Virus record (IMG/VR): IMGVR_UViG_3300031848_000026
Coordinates: 1 to 30,253 of that record
From: a virus
Lineage: Duplodnaviria; Caudoviricetes
Length of the DNA: 30,253 nucleotides
Direction: 5' to 3' (one strand)
Below are positions 13,301-20,702 of the stretch, piece by piece. Under the pieces are notes generated by a model that had not been told where the DNA came from, made no database searches, and was given only the letters and a program-made list of their open reading frames with translations. Position numbers and translations under genes: made by a program. How positions within the stretch are numbered: the first letter of the stretch is position 1; each line of letters begins with the position of its first letter.

Positions 13301-16300
13301 GTTATTAAAGATTCTCTTTTCTAATTCTAATAATAATTCATCTCTAAAGTCTTTATACGCTTTAATATAGCTACCGTCATGGCCTCTGATAAATGCGACG
13401 CCGACTGGGTATTCAATAACTTCGATATCATCAATGCCAGCAAGTGTTGCACCTGTTGCAGGAATATAAAACAGTTTGTTCATTCCTGCAAATGTATAAG
13501 ACTTAGATAATGCGCCGGTGCCTGCTGCACTCTTAGTAGTGTACACAGGATAGAACCAACCTCTAGTACCAGTTGCACTATCTTCGCCGTATAGCTTAAA
13601 CGGACCAGTAGTTTCTGGCTCTGCTGCAATCACAGTATCGTCTATTGTTAGTTCAGGATAATACTTAGGAAACAATCCTAGTTTACTAGGAGTAGGAGCA
13701 ATGAAGCTACCATCAGTACTATCGTATTCGTGTATTTCAATTAAATCAGTTTCTATCTGTCCGGCATTAATTGAAACATACCCTGCAATATTAAAATTGT
13801 AATCTTTAATGTGCGTTAATTGTACGCCGTTTAAATAAACAGTTACACTTTTTGCACTTAACTCTGTTAAGTTAAAGTCGGCGGTAATCGGATATTCTGT
13901 TGTTCTCTTATCTAATATAGTGTATGTTAGTTTATTAGCTGCTCCAGCTGGAAGCATATCAGAGAAGTAAAAAGGCTGCGACTTTAATTTATCACTATTA
14001 ACAGTTTTTAATATAAGATCAACGTGTCCTTTTATAGGACCATCATAACCTAATGTAGCAGCAGTGTCTAAAAATACTTTCTTAAATCTTGAATACTCTT
14101 TTCTAGAATATTTTAATGCCTTTACAATATTATAATCTTTATTAGTTACATGGTACAGTGGCAAATTAATTGGGCCGCTATGTTTAACAAAGCGTTTACC
14201 GTAGCGATCTAAATCACCTAAATCACGCAGGTTACTTGATCCAAGAAATGCACCTGTGTAGTTAGGAATGTCTTCTAACATACTGTCAACATGGTCAACT
14301 ACTTCGCCTAATGTAAATTGATTAACATCATCGTTTAAAGGATTACGTTCTAAGTTATATGGAAACTCGTAATATCCATTGGAATTTTTAATAGTTTTAC
14401 TATCTGTCTTAATTTTAATAACATCAGTAGCTACTAAGTCTTTTACAAAGATAACAACTGCATTACTATTAGTTTTATCAATTGTGTAATCAGTATTAAT
14501 TAATTGTAATTTATTGTTTACAATTACAACTAATTTTAAGTCAATAATACTACTTGATTTATTGTAAACGTCAATTATAAAATTATTAATCTGGGTGCTA
14601 GTTGCAGAATACTCTCTTACAACATACTGCTTACTAATAGTAGGAATATCACTAAATCCATTTACATACTTAAATTTAGTAAGCGAACTATATTTCTTTA
14701 AATAGCCGCTTTTAATATGCTGCGTATACAAATCAGTATCTGTCTGGTAAGTAAATGTATCAGATAATAAATTAAAATCAAAAACAATGTCGCCTGAATT
14801 ATTAATAGACTTATAATCTAATGCAAATCCTAATTCAGTATCTACAATACCTTCGCCGATACTGTATGAAAATAACTTAGTGCCTTTAAATGTAGTCGAA
14901 CCATAATATGTTTCATTGCTGAAACTGTTACCATTTTTGTCGCATACTTCAAAAGTAGGAGCTTGATTACGTGTTGTCTTTTCTTGTGCAGTAGCCCACT
15001 TATTATTATGGTAGTGATAACTCTTACCTGCATTTATTAAGCCTTGTGTAATTAATACTGTTTCAAGATCAATAGGCAATGTATCAGTAGTTTCAATTAA
15101 ACTAATTTGTCTGCTATTTCCAATTTTAACAAATTTAACTTGGTATATTTTTCCGTTCACTAATGTATCAGTGTCTGCTGTAAACAAAATACGCATATTA
15201 TCAGCAAGATTAATACCGTCAATGTTATATCCTATTTCACCTTCAATAGTACTAAACACATCAGTCGTGAATGTGTCAACTAAGTCAACGTCAGTTTTAG
15301 CATATGCGCCAAAATTGTGTAACTTTAATCCTGCTTCAAATTCTATAATAGGACGTTTTGCACGAGAAGTTTCATCTACATCTCCTGCTAAATTATTAAG
15401 TTCAAAACTTTTTAAAATTACATCTTTGTGGTACCATCTATTGTACCGACTCCATGCATTTCTATCTGGAGTTGCACGGTTAACAACAATATAATCTTTA
15501 TTAGTTGCATATGCTGTTGCGTCACTAAAAGGCAATGTATCAAAGTTATCAGCATCGAATGCTATGCGGTTAATTTCGCTGTATGCAGCTGGAATAATTA
15601 GATCTTGATCTTTAATTAATTTAATTTTTTCACCAACACCTTCTACATACCAATCATTGGTGTCATACGTAGCAGGTAATACATCACCTTGAAATTTAAT
15701 TTTCATTCCGTTGGATAATTCTACACCATTTGCACTTTTGTAAGTTTTCTTACCTAGTATTTCTTCAGCGACATTAAGGAATGTATTTTCTTCAATATCG
15801 TAAACTTTAATAAAGTTACTCGTATCAACAGAATTTTTACTGATATAATACAGTACATCAGGAGCATTGGAAGGAACAGTAAATTCAATTGTGCCTTTTT
15901 CAATATAACTACTGGTTGTAATATTACCCTCTTCATCATAGATAGTTATACCGTCATTATACAGTGTACTAACATTAGTGTCAACTGTTATTCCAGGAGT
16001 AAACGTTCTACTAAGTGCAATTGCCATTGGATGGTTTATAGCATCAATAACAAAACGATATGTTTGGCCACGGAATATTTTTAAGCTAGGGTTTCGGACG
16101 AGACCATCATTAAATACATAAGCAATATTATCGCCTTGGTCTTCTGTAGTAACAGTGTACGTACTAACAATATCTCTGCTTTGTCCTCTTACAGGAACAC
16201 TAATAGGACCGTTTGGCATCCAGTAGTACTCTCGGAAGTTTACAAACTTATCCCAGTCGATATTTGGGTTCCACGCATAAGTTTCTTGACTGTTTAAACG

Positions 16301-16669
16301 ACTGTGATTATCTGTAGTGGCGCCATAGTTACTAAGTTGTCCTATGTAATCATTATAATCTTTATAAAAAGTTACATTATCATAATTGTCTTTGATAACT
16401 GTCGCAGGCTCTAACTGATAGTTAGTTCGGTTAGCACTTATGTCATCGACATAATTGTCTGTAGTTTTGTATGCTTTGGCTGTTTTTCTACCGTAATAAC
16501 CATTTACTTTTTCAGCAACGCCGGGTTGTATAAGTTGGTCAAGTGTTCCTTGTAAGAACTTTTTATTTGCTTGTGTTCTAAAGAACTTTGGTAAAAAATC
16601 ACTTGCAGTAATTTTATTATTCTGTCCTGGAACAGGTAGTGCGCTTTCGTTCTGATCATTCTTAGCCAT
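1373..16669 (-). CDS. Giant (5098 aa) multidomain baseplate wedge/structural protein in the gp7 position, with FG-GAP-like propeller blades, CBM-like motifs and GSGY and GDG repeats
   Basis: Uninterrupted 15.3-kb ORF translationally coupled to gp6 (TAATG overlap at 16669, GGAGG upstream). It contains FGxSVA-type blades, WxxxxxYxxGDIVxY motifs, ITNxGSGY repeats and FTGDGxTxxF repeats typical of large myovirus structural proteins. Confidence 0.8.
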   Translation of the reverse strand: MAKNDQNESALPVPGQNNKITASDFLPKFFRTQANKKFLQGTLDQLIQPGVAEKVNGYYGRKTAKAYKTTDNYVDDISANRTNYQLEPATVIKDNYDNVTFYKDYNDYIGQLSNYGATTDNHSRLNSQETYAWNPNIDWDKFVNFREYYWMPNGPISVPVRGQSRDIVSTYTVTTEDQGDNIAYVFNDGLVRNPSLKIFRGQTYRFVIDAINHPMAIALSRTFTPGITVDTNVSTLYNDGITIYDEEGNITTSSYIEKGTIEFTVPSNAPDVLYYISKNSVDTSNFIKVYDIEENTFLNVAEEILGKKTYKSANGVELSNGMKIKFQGDVLPATYDTNDWYVEGVGEKIKLIKDQDLIIPAAYSEINRIAFDADNFDTLPFSDATAYATNKDYIVVNRATPDRNAWSRYNRWYHKDVILKSFELNNLAGDVDETSRAKRPIIEFEAGLKLHNFGAYAKTDVDLVDTFTTDVFSTIEGEIGYNIDGINLADNMRILFTADTDTLVNGKIYQVKFVKIGNSRQISLIETTDTLPIDLETVLITQGLINAGKSYHYHNNKWATAQEKTTRNQAPTFEVCDKNGNSFSNETYYGSTTFKGTKLFSYSIGEGIVDTELGFALDYKSINNSGDIVFDFNLLSDTFTYQTDTDLYTQHIKSGYLKKYSSLTKFKYVNGFSDIPTISKQYVVREYSATSTQINNFIIDVYNKSSSIIDLKLVVIVNNKLQLINTDYTIDKTNSNAVVIFVKDLVATDVIKIKTDSKTIKNSNGYYEFPYNLERNPLNDDVNQFTLGEVVDHVDSMLEDIPNYTGAFLGSSNLRDLGDLDRYGKRFVKHSGPINLPLYHVTNKDYNIVKALKYSRKEYSRFKKVFLDTAATLGYDGPIKGHVDLILKTVNSDKLKSQPFYFSDMLPAGAANKLTYTILDKRTTEYPITADFNLTELSAKSVTVYLNGVQLTHIKDYNFNIAGYVSINAGQIETDLIEIHEYDSTDGSFIAPTPSKLGLFPKYYPELTIDDTVIAAEPETTGPFKLYGEDSATGTRGWFYPVYTTKSAAGTGALSKSYTFAGMNKLFYIPATGATLAGIDDIEVIEYPVGVAFIRGHDGSYIKAYKDFRDELLLELEKRIFNNIKAEYSTDRLDVNTFVGGEFRTNEFTKTEIDNAMLGDFTQWLQQNLNNQTYTTNTFYNRENNWTFNYQDTTSPDGNVNSGYWRGMYVRAFDTDRPHSHPWEMLGLTTKPSWWNTVYGPAPYTGDNLVLWRDLEKGRIADPKNTRIDLNYARTGLTSFIPVNSLGKLLSPLDSRYAKDFQVQNATQNFKFGDYAPVENAWRRSSEYPFSVLTAMLLNKPAKTMGLGFDVSRVSKNLANQWVNVDTNAPIVIKDLTLPNTVESLARTNTAGLVNYIYNLVASDILSVYDGYKTNLAGITNQLGIKIAGFTSKEKFNLILDSRSPTQSITQDGIFVPQENYQVFLNTSSPIELAIYSGIIVERVELGYIVRGYNSEKPYFEYYPALHGSSTSTVTVGGISEKVIEWDSSTAYISGEIILNNNAYYRVVTSFTSDRTFDTDNIVKLPALPLTGGRTASFKKNFDINALTRIQYGTRLDTVQEVIDFILGYNVRQKEIGFNFENVIAGTNEVENWNYAAKQFLFWTTQGWSDNSLIALSPAANLLEFQKDYVIVDNIKDEFYGYSLLKADGLFLDSEFTSLLRDQNSFGLETVGTDEGLYHVSLPLIQKEHVVLIDNITDFNDTIYNPSTGYRQERIRVNGYRSDNWNGGLNIPGFVYDDASFTDWAQWKDYKIGDIVKYKQYYYVATVNANGTQNFNSANWYKLSEKPESQLMTNFDYKITQFTDFYDLDSDSFDTEQQKMAQHLIGYQKRQYLANIINDDVSQFKFYRGAIADKGTMNVFTKLFDALGNTADNLEFYEEWAIQVGRYGAIDDVQQVGFNLIQKNIQESPQAIELVTTLPETNYDKIYRIKPNNVYDQPAGYTHAPFPTKSLTNEFIRTSGYANENDVDFIVGSLQDLADVDTNQIKLGDTMWITDTDNKSWSVMQLTRGLVNAISIETDISNFAANGLNLVEITLDKWAVSLFTVGDYVSIRGAQQYTINGLYEIDNINLNKIQLRVPLNSGIQAVTIEDNISFAMSLLRTIRVSDTAGINAATNQDIYDKQRLWIDNYKGDWGVLENNSVYLNSQTITNPSDYDSTDQGFSDSVAVTESNTNVFVSAPNDLNGKVSVYRRTQEQSNLILDQEIILVNDDLFVSTNSAFGKSVAVSPDGEYLIVGIPKASNVKTNLSYKTDASTGASTFDFQPDASYVKNNIVRYRESLWSANREVLPQIANQPFSTFDTYVNLASAADADSTTLNLLVAGDPGLATNTTSHMLVRAPKDMYIGTTAGDTINLFWNQRSFTFPTLDNYIPFEGLIPEITGAFLSQDHTIVEKIDHVMFVETFVSLPVVGSIVTTDTGSAEVAYVGKRLDSAVVYVKNTNGVFNVTGEMFINELDFVGFYSEADTYATSAVLGGFWMINTGFTYSNNSVYYEQGRGLVYADVKLQGSVRAINNYYNIQNTVGTIGTYVTNKNNVSYIEQLSYRGDPSGADAQDGVERDLLSNKWVARVGKTFSDYLTIGETQEFRLYNLDNRIIDVASAGFTYDILNKAQTVADIWDGYIDFTLTEFDFQGFGYEPQVGDTISDVQTPRDGTGGLALTTITTSTAEVMFIKRNFNSIRVYVKVLTGEWTEQSNIGRYQVYREANVGLRGATDIGRTIGTITDINNSIVVGNTLVGKLVVFEHNNNFNIVTTPTIVDEEYWFFDETTEEGVQRLPNPPYTLNKDYTQVYNILAEKTGTSPVLANEGAVAIYRRLRDGTYRLQHTLVSEYRVSNRHFGDNVAIVQTGNYYTLLVASNSVASANETDSTGRRVHPGAIEIFRHGTLATDSFKGEYKLSAYVIDDVVIYKDDYYICLKATTAIQNVILDPIYWNKISWKHGKDSNYRGTFDNTYTYKTGNIVVVSNTLWKAATNVATGAATPSSSNNSWTSISTNVDYLGYLPNLTANAFYNETVFDPIENILEFSKSFDISNDAQVLVVTSNQQEVENDSTVRTKLVIYRAVGDKFQVDQVITAPNDITGWADKVALNPKGTQLAISSMLNDTSKANQGVVDVYTQTNGTFTLTQTLTPPQNEESEGFGFGLDFGIDNLVVSSLNGDQVIPTTFDVTVYSVTEDTATTFDNEFTNFANVKLDKGVVYVYETVNNSLIYSEQFVYPLTQTTFGENIYANGNHVYIGMPDQLIDSTGGTDANDTAGNKGQLLDFRKNKNTFAWNIISEGITPVDVDNIQGMFLYNKRENTIVSYIDYIDPVQGKIAGPADQEITFKTPFDPAVYNTGNLLDNSVDPNRAWCETHVGQVWWNISTAKFTHAYQGSTTFQKNNWNKLTPNARIDIFEWVASNFIPSVWDSIADTPSGIEAKISGTSLFGDTKYSTKIIYNEVSKTFSNVYYFWVVNKVTVPVMEHRKLSISDITSLIENPRLQGYPFVSLLSDSKFVINNFDTFLDNDDLVLNIKYSTGPKKTQNTHSQYKLISDGLNTSKPDADIERKWFDSLIGFDSNDRIVPDPTISVKNRYGVQNRPRQSMFVNRFEALKQTIERINLKLAESLAVDQFDITKLAQKDIAPTVISREYDLVTDTLSELTFVSTNKITPATLTPVITNGRISRINITNSGRGYKVVPTFKISSSSGQDANFNVTINNLGQVISATITNQGSGYDATTSITVRPFTVLVSADESVQDKWALYSWNGTVWFRRKLQSYNTELYWNYVDWYARGYNQFTHINDTIIGSYQLPSLENNLGDIVKIENVGSGGWLLLRKVDDQDTEDYTINYDTIGRKNGTLQFKDTLYDYSKNTVGFDNRSFDSNFYDNNPSVELRIILGAIRDNIFVGELEVEYNNLFMAALRYVMSEQQSVDWMFKTSFVKAKHNRETLNQKDITFNNDNLASYQNFVEEFKPYSTKIREFVSEYNAIDPTNSSVSDFDLPPVYNSITKTIDPSRAIILDGTIKRANLDTTSYPRKNWNDNHGYQITGIKLGNGGSGFTYEPVVTLVGGNGTGATAKAYLGYGKITSIKVTNPGSGYTSAPTVVISGSQTDIGTVANATAILGNGLVRSPSIKIKFDRTSGKVTFSTLAKIETFTGTGFENRFFLEWPMNLDTKKVNVYVDNILQLRSKYTFTNIENTDKTYIRNQGKVLFTTPPKVNTVVRVEYNIPLSMLSAEDRITHAYNPVAGMYGTDFAQLMTGTDYGGVEVRSFDFDGPAGFDTAGWYTDNWDEFDNTFEDEVFTADGSTIAVQLSAPLADGVVYNLYKNGVRIDDPNFDLGTATNVNAITNSITGDGITDIVYVQDLEITLLDNDIFVVRKTSSDGSVIPDTNSYDTALSGGNLSYTSARGIAAEEIIVDGDGFVTPTTSGGPEEIVPGQILDTLDIKVFTRDSKGQGIINSQSYIMQANSNLTYRLGVTPNSKDAVIVKVANNILPQTDYTINWAAGEVTLNTVTVGAELSIVTVAQGTQNILDFGQLIGDGSATDFETTVDWETNVTVYASINGVQQTVIAFKSETGPKTTIRFDEVVAVGDVINYTVFSANTQINYSQITKDTFTGDAATTVFTLANAPLYAIPTEHNVIVKVNNTILSAGYNIQYTIPANSQREFPLEIFQMPAGSLDVSDVKIFLNGIAITTPLQWRFEIANSAITLADEVGAPGDLLEMYVITDGAYRLNGTAITLDAAPAAGAVIEVIQFTNHNLLGLERMTYDVVNRATLLETDVDYVTYNRLTVGEITLRKPAIDAEYVWVSVNGELLTPSVDYAITSDRLKVQLVRTPAADDIIDVIHFTSAASTAKFAYRQFKDMLNRTHFKRLDKAATKLAQPLNYYDLRVELTDASQLSDPNKGQNLPGVIFIDGERIEYFVKESNTLRQLRRGTLGTGVKNTYTLDTKVYDQNISKTIPYKDQTLAHNATADGATSEFTVSYPVASINEIEVFVAGTRMRKTTLDVFNPVTALDSPEGDTTIVADFTFDTETNVITLLATPAKDTRVTIVKKVGQSWTTFGESLGDTENSIARFLRAGTSELPE

Positions 16670-19600
16670 TAGTAACTATAGCCTCCGCCTGTTGATGGTG
16701 TAGTTGTTGTAGTTGTTGCAGTTGTTGCAGTTGTGGTTGTTGCAGGTGTCGATGCACTGCTTGATATTCCTGACGTTATACTAGTCGCAACAGTATTAAT
16801 TATTGTTCCACTAGCTTGTAAATTAGTTGCTGTTAATTGATCAATTGTTTCGATATCACTCACCTTAGCTGCACTTGCAAATATTTCATCTGGCTCACTT
16901 TTTATTTCAAATAGGCTACCAAACGATTGTGTAGTTTGGCGCGGTACTATTAGTATACTTACCAGTTTAGGAGACAGCCCATTTATAATATAGGCACTAA
17001 GCTCTTGAAAGTAAAACGTCTCTCCGAAGTCCCAATTTTCAATATCAAAGAACTTATTAATAGCTTCAATTATGTCTGATTTAAGTTCATTATCGTTAAT
17101 AACCATACTAGGATTTTTAACAATCTTAAACTTAACTTGCAGATCACCTGGAGCTTTATCGCCAAATAAGATTTTATACTTTGCAGGATGATAAATTACT
17201 TCGTCACTTAAACTTTTTATTTTGTTTATTGCTGTGCCATAGCTTCTAAACAATTCATCATTACTCGGCGGCTTAGGTTGTATTAAAGTTGTTCCGCTGA
17301 TATATTGTTTTACTTGAGTATCGTAAGTCTTAGATAAGATATATGTATCAATAATATTACTTGCACTTGGGTCAATTCTGTATCCACTATCGGCAACATG
17401 GATGTAATGGAACTTTAAATCAGCACGTCCGAAGTATGCTTTATAATCAGTGTTAATTATAGTGTTGTTTAGTACTTTATTAAGCTTTCTAAATATATCT
17501 TCGTCAATTAGATAAAAAATTTGTCCTTCTAAACGTGTGCTGTACGGAACGATAGCTGCTTCGTTTTGTATTACTATTATTTCGGCAGTTGTGTTTGCAA
17601 AATACTTAAAGTCTTCTACTCCGTCAGTTGTGGTATATTTCTTTTGAAATATTAGTTTGTCTTTTGTAAGAATAGTTGTATCTTCTTCGCCGACAATTTG
17701 CTCAAAAATATCAGGATCATCAATTACGCCGTCATCATCGAGGTCAATAAATTGGACTTGTATTTTACGGCTATCTAGATAACCTTCGGTATCTCTATAT
17801 GCATCAGTAATTGTCCAATTAAAGTCTCTTGTAAATGGAGTTAATTCTCCTGGCTTACGATTAATATTTAAGATATCAATTTTATCTCTAACAATTTGTC
17901 CTGTTGCAGGATCATAAATTTTATCAGCAGCATCAAAGAAGAATCTAATTTCTTCTGCACTTTCCATTACATATCTTAAATTGCGGTATGTAATTGTGTA
18001 TTTCTCACCATCTGTCTTAAAGTATAGCATCCAACTTGCATCAAGATTTTCACCAGTAATGTCTCCTGCTTTACCTGTAGCAAACGTATTAAGTGTATTA
18101 ATGTCTTCTGCTAATACTAATTTCCACTGTCTGTCGTATTGATCATAACGTAAAGCAAAGTCTTTATATTCAAATGCTTGGTCAATTAATTGTGTTTTTA
18201 TGTCGTTAATTAGTACCTTAGAAAAATTTGGTATAACTTGTTGTAGTATTGCATCCGATGGTATGACCTCGTTTACTGCAATAGGAGAAATTCCATCTTC
18301 GTCTATTACTGTGCCAGCGCCTGTTACAGAAATTACTTTGCACCATTTGTATGATGTTTTGCCTAAGTGGTCAGTGCCTGTGCCGTCTGTCATTAATGTG
18401 CCGTCTGCCATAAAGTGCTTACCTACAGGGGCAACAAACTTTAACATCGACCCTGCTTCCAATAGCCGCAAACTGTTTGCAGTAAACTCGCCTACTGTGT
18501 AAGGATTAAAATCAACATCTTGTAATAAACCTAATGATTGATTTGTGCTATTGCTAGACTGTAGCCAAGTAGCGTTAAGATCACTAACAATAATCTTTGG
18601 ATATTTTGCTAGATAGAAGTTCTGCGAAGTTGTACTTTTTAATATATCTTCAATTGTGTTGTATATAACACCTTCAATATCTGTTTGTGTTGCAAACGTA
18701 AATGATTGTTTTTCAGTAAATTCTTCTTTATAAATTACACCATCGTCTGCAAACAAACTAGTATTTGAATACTTTCCGCTTGCGTCTTTTAAGTCAAAGA
18801 ACCGACTGATGCCGCTCGATATCCTATTTGAACTTTTAGTTTTAATGATGTCTTGACTAATTGCTAAAGGACCTATATTATAGTCCTCGCCAGTAATTAA
18901 CCTATTTTGTGTGTAATAAGTCGCAGGTGCATTTTGTTTAATTTCTGTACTTGTTTCAGCTGCTGTGCCATTACTAACTGTGTAATTTAATTTGAGCCCT
19001 ACTGTAAGTGTTTGTGCAGATCCGTTTCTTGACTGGTACGGAATATCAATACTTATTGTGCTTAATGCTGAAGGTGTAACTACACTACGTATATTATTAC
19101 TAGTTCTGTAGTATACGTTAAAGTTGCCAGCTGGTAAATTTCCAAATACACCGTCACTAAAGTTTAAATTAATTCTGTCACCGATACGTGTTGTTACAGC
19201 ATATACATCTCTAGTTTTATTAAACAAACTATTATAGATAACGTTATTGCCTTCAGTTGAGTCAATTTTTGTCCATTCACTGCTTTCAAATCCTGTGCTG
19301 TTTAGTGAAAACAACCACACATCACTATCGTTAATATTTTCAGCGTCAATTGCTACTGCTTGATTTGGTGTTGGATTGCTTACTGCAAAGTTTCCTTTTT
19401 CAAGTTTACCTTGACGGAAGTGCATAAAAAATCCAGTGTTATTACTGCCGGCGCCTTGTCCGTCATCTCTAAACAAAAATGCAGGACTGTTACCTGGAAG
19501 CGGTGCTTCTTCTATAATATCTTCACCCAAAATGTCAGTACTTACTACTTCAAAACGTGTGCTTACGCCTTCAATACGTTTAGTAAACGGATATATTGCT

Positions 19601-20187
19601 TGTCCAGTATTTGTAGCATTTAAGCGATATTTTTGCGTTTGTACATCTGCAATTAATGCTGACTTTAGAGGATTGCCAATTGAATTAGATAGTGGCAATG
19701 CTGAGTTTAAGAGTTTAATAAATTGTTCAAAATAGTTTGAGTTAGTTTGGTCATTCCACTTAACAGTAATACCTGCCATGTTTAAACCATTACTATCTAA
19801 AATATTTTCAGTTGTTTTAATTGTGTCAAATTTAAGCAAGCCGTTAGCTGCTTGATTTCTGCGGGGATTGTAAGATAGCATACGTGCTAGACGTAATACA
19901 CTTTCTCTACGCTCTGCTGTTTCAAGGAAGTTTTCACGAGCGTTTAAATCAATACGGAATGATAGATTTTGCCCAAGGAAAGCAATCATATCAATTAGCG
20001 CAAGATATTCACTCGATTCAATGTAATCGTTAAAGTCTTCTGGATAGTTTTGACGCAGATAGTTAATCATTGTGCGTCTTAGATTATCAAAATCGTAGCT
20101 TTGGAAATCTGCGTTTCTAAAGCTTTGGTAAATTCGTTTCCAGTCCTCAGCTACTAATAGCCTGGACTGTCTATCATTTGAAGACAT
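16669..20187 (-). CDS. gp6: Baseplate wedge subunit, T4 gp6-like (1172 aa)
   Basis: The N-terminus DFDNLRRTMINYLRQNYPEDFNDYIESSEYLALIDMIAFLGQNLSFRIDLNARENFLETAERRESVLRLARMLSYNP and the internal APATYYTQNRLITGEDY are hallmark gp6/baseplate-J motifs. The gene follows gp25 and has SD AAGGA. Confidence 0.92.
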   Translation of the reverse strand: MSSNDRQSRLLVAEDWKRIYQSFRNADFQSYDFDNLRRTMINYLRQNYPEDFNDYIESSEYLALIDMIAFLGQNLSFRIDLNARENFLETAERRESVLRLARMLSYNPRRNQAANGLLKFDTIKTTENILDSNGLNMAGITVKWNDQTNSNYFEQFIKLLNSALPLSNSIGNPLKSALIADVQTQKYRLNATNTGQAIYPFTKRIEGVSTRFEVVSTDILGEDIIEEAPLPGNSPAFLFRDDGQGAGSNNTGFFMHFRQGKLEKGNFAVSNPTPNQAVAIDAENINDSDVWLFSLNSTGFESSEWTKIDSTEGNNVIYNSLFNKTRDVYAVTTRIGDRINLNFSDGVFGNLPAGNFNVYYRTSNNIRSVVTPSALSTISIDIPYQSRNGSAQTLTVGLKLNYTVSNGTAAETSTEIKQNAPATYYTQNRLITGEDYNIGPLAISQDIIKTKSSNRISSGISRFFDLKDASGKYSNTSLFADDGVIYKEEFTEKQSFTFATQTDIEGVIYNTIEDILKSTTSQNFYLAKYPKIIVSDLNATWLQSSNSTNQSLGLLQDVDFNPYTVGEFTANSLRLLEAGSMLKFVAPVGKHFMADGTLMTDGTGTDHLGKTSYKWCKVISVTGAGTVIDEDGISPIAVNEVIPSDAILQQVIPNFSKVLINDIKTQLIDQAFEYKDFALRYDQYDRQWKLVLAEDINTLNTFATGKAGDITGENLDASWMLYFKTDGEKYTITYRNLRYVMESAEEIRFFFDAADKIYDPATGQIVRDKIDILNINRKPGELTPFTRDFNWTITDAYRDTEGYLDSRKIQVQFIDLDDDGVIDDPDIFEQIVGEEDTTILTKDKLIFQKKYTTTDGVEDFKYFANTTAEIIVIQNEAAIVPYSTRLEGQIFYLIDEDIFRKLNKVLNNTIINTDYKAYFGRADLKFHYIHVADSGYRIDPSASNIIDTYILSKTYDTQVKQYISGTTLIQPKPPSNDELFRSYGTAINKIKSLSDEVIYHPAKYKILFGDKAPGDLQVKFKIVKNPSMVINDNELKSDIIEAINKFFDIENWDFGETFYFQELSAYIINGLSPKLVSILIVPRQTTQSFGSLFEIKSEPDEIFASAAKVSDIETIDQLTATNLQASGTIINTVATSITSGISSSASTPATTTTATTATTTTTTPSTGGGYSY

Positions 20188-20210
20188 ATCATTTTCCTTG
20201 TTTACTAATG

Positions 20211-20241
20211 TATTTACCTGAAATGATAATGTGTGTATTTA
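20211..20241 (-). promoter_or_regulatory. Two tandem TAAATA late-promoter motifs upstream of gp6 (20241-20236 and 20216-20211)
   Basis: Minus strand intergenic sequence TTAAATACACACATTATCATTTCAGGTAAATACATTAGTAAACAAGGAAAATGAT-ATG; both copies read TAAATACA. Confidence 0.6.
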
Positions 20242-20251
20242 ATTTTTAAAT

Positions 20252-20686
20252 TTAAAGAAGTCCGTTTTCTTTATCAAATTTAAAGCGTAATTGGTCTGTT
20301 ATACCAAAAGGAAGTACTGTTATAGTGCAATCAATTTGTATACCTTGTTCGTAAGTATCAATAACAATATTTTCAGCGGTTATTCTAGGATCGTAATTAA
20401 TAATACGGGTAACATCCTCAATAATTGCTTCTTGAACTTCAACAGTAAAAGGTTCATATAGTATATCCCAAATAATCGTACCAAAAGTAGGATCGCTTAA
20501 TTTTTCAGTTTGGCGTATATGAAAATGATTAATTAAATCTTGTTTAATAAGTTCAAAGTCATACAGGCTATAACTTTTACTATCTGCAACTGTTGAAAAA
20601 CCTCTGTATTTTCTGCCAGCTGTGGCTGTTTGAGTAGGCTGGCTTACTGTAACACGTTTATAAAGATTTTTTTCTAATTGGCTCAT
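20252..20686 (-). CDS. gp25: Baseplate wedge / sheath-initiator protein, T4 gp25-like (144 aa)
   Basis: YRGFST...LYDFELIKQDLINHFHIRQTEKLSDPTFGTIIWDILYEP...IINYDPRI matches the gp25/GPW family; located between the spike and gp6. Confidence 0.92.
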   Translation of the reverse strand: MSQLEKNLYKRVTVSQPTQTATAGRKYRGFSTVADSKSYSLYDFELIKQDLINHFHIRQTEKLSDPTFGTIIWDILYEPFTVEVQEAIIEDVTRIINYDPRITAENIVIDTYEQGIQIDCTITVLPFGITDQLRFKFDKENGLL

Positions 20687-20690
20687 ACTA

Positions 20691-20696
20691 TATTTA
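20691..20696 (-). promoter_or_regulatory. Putative late promoter TAAATA immediately upstream of gp25
   Basis: Minus strand TAATTAAGGTAAATATAGT-ATG; the motif ends 4 nt before the start codon. Confidence 0.5.
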
Positions 20697-20702
20697 CCTT
20701 AA

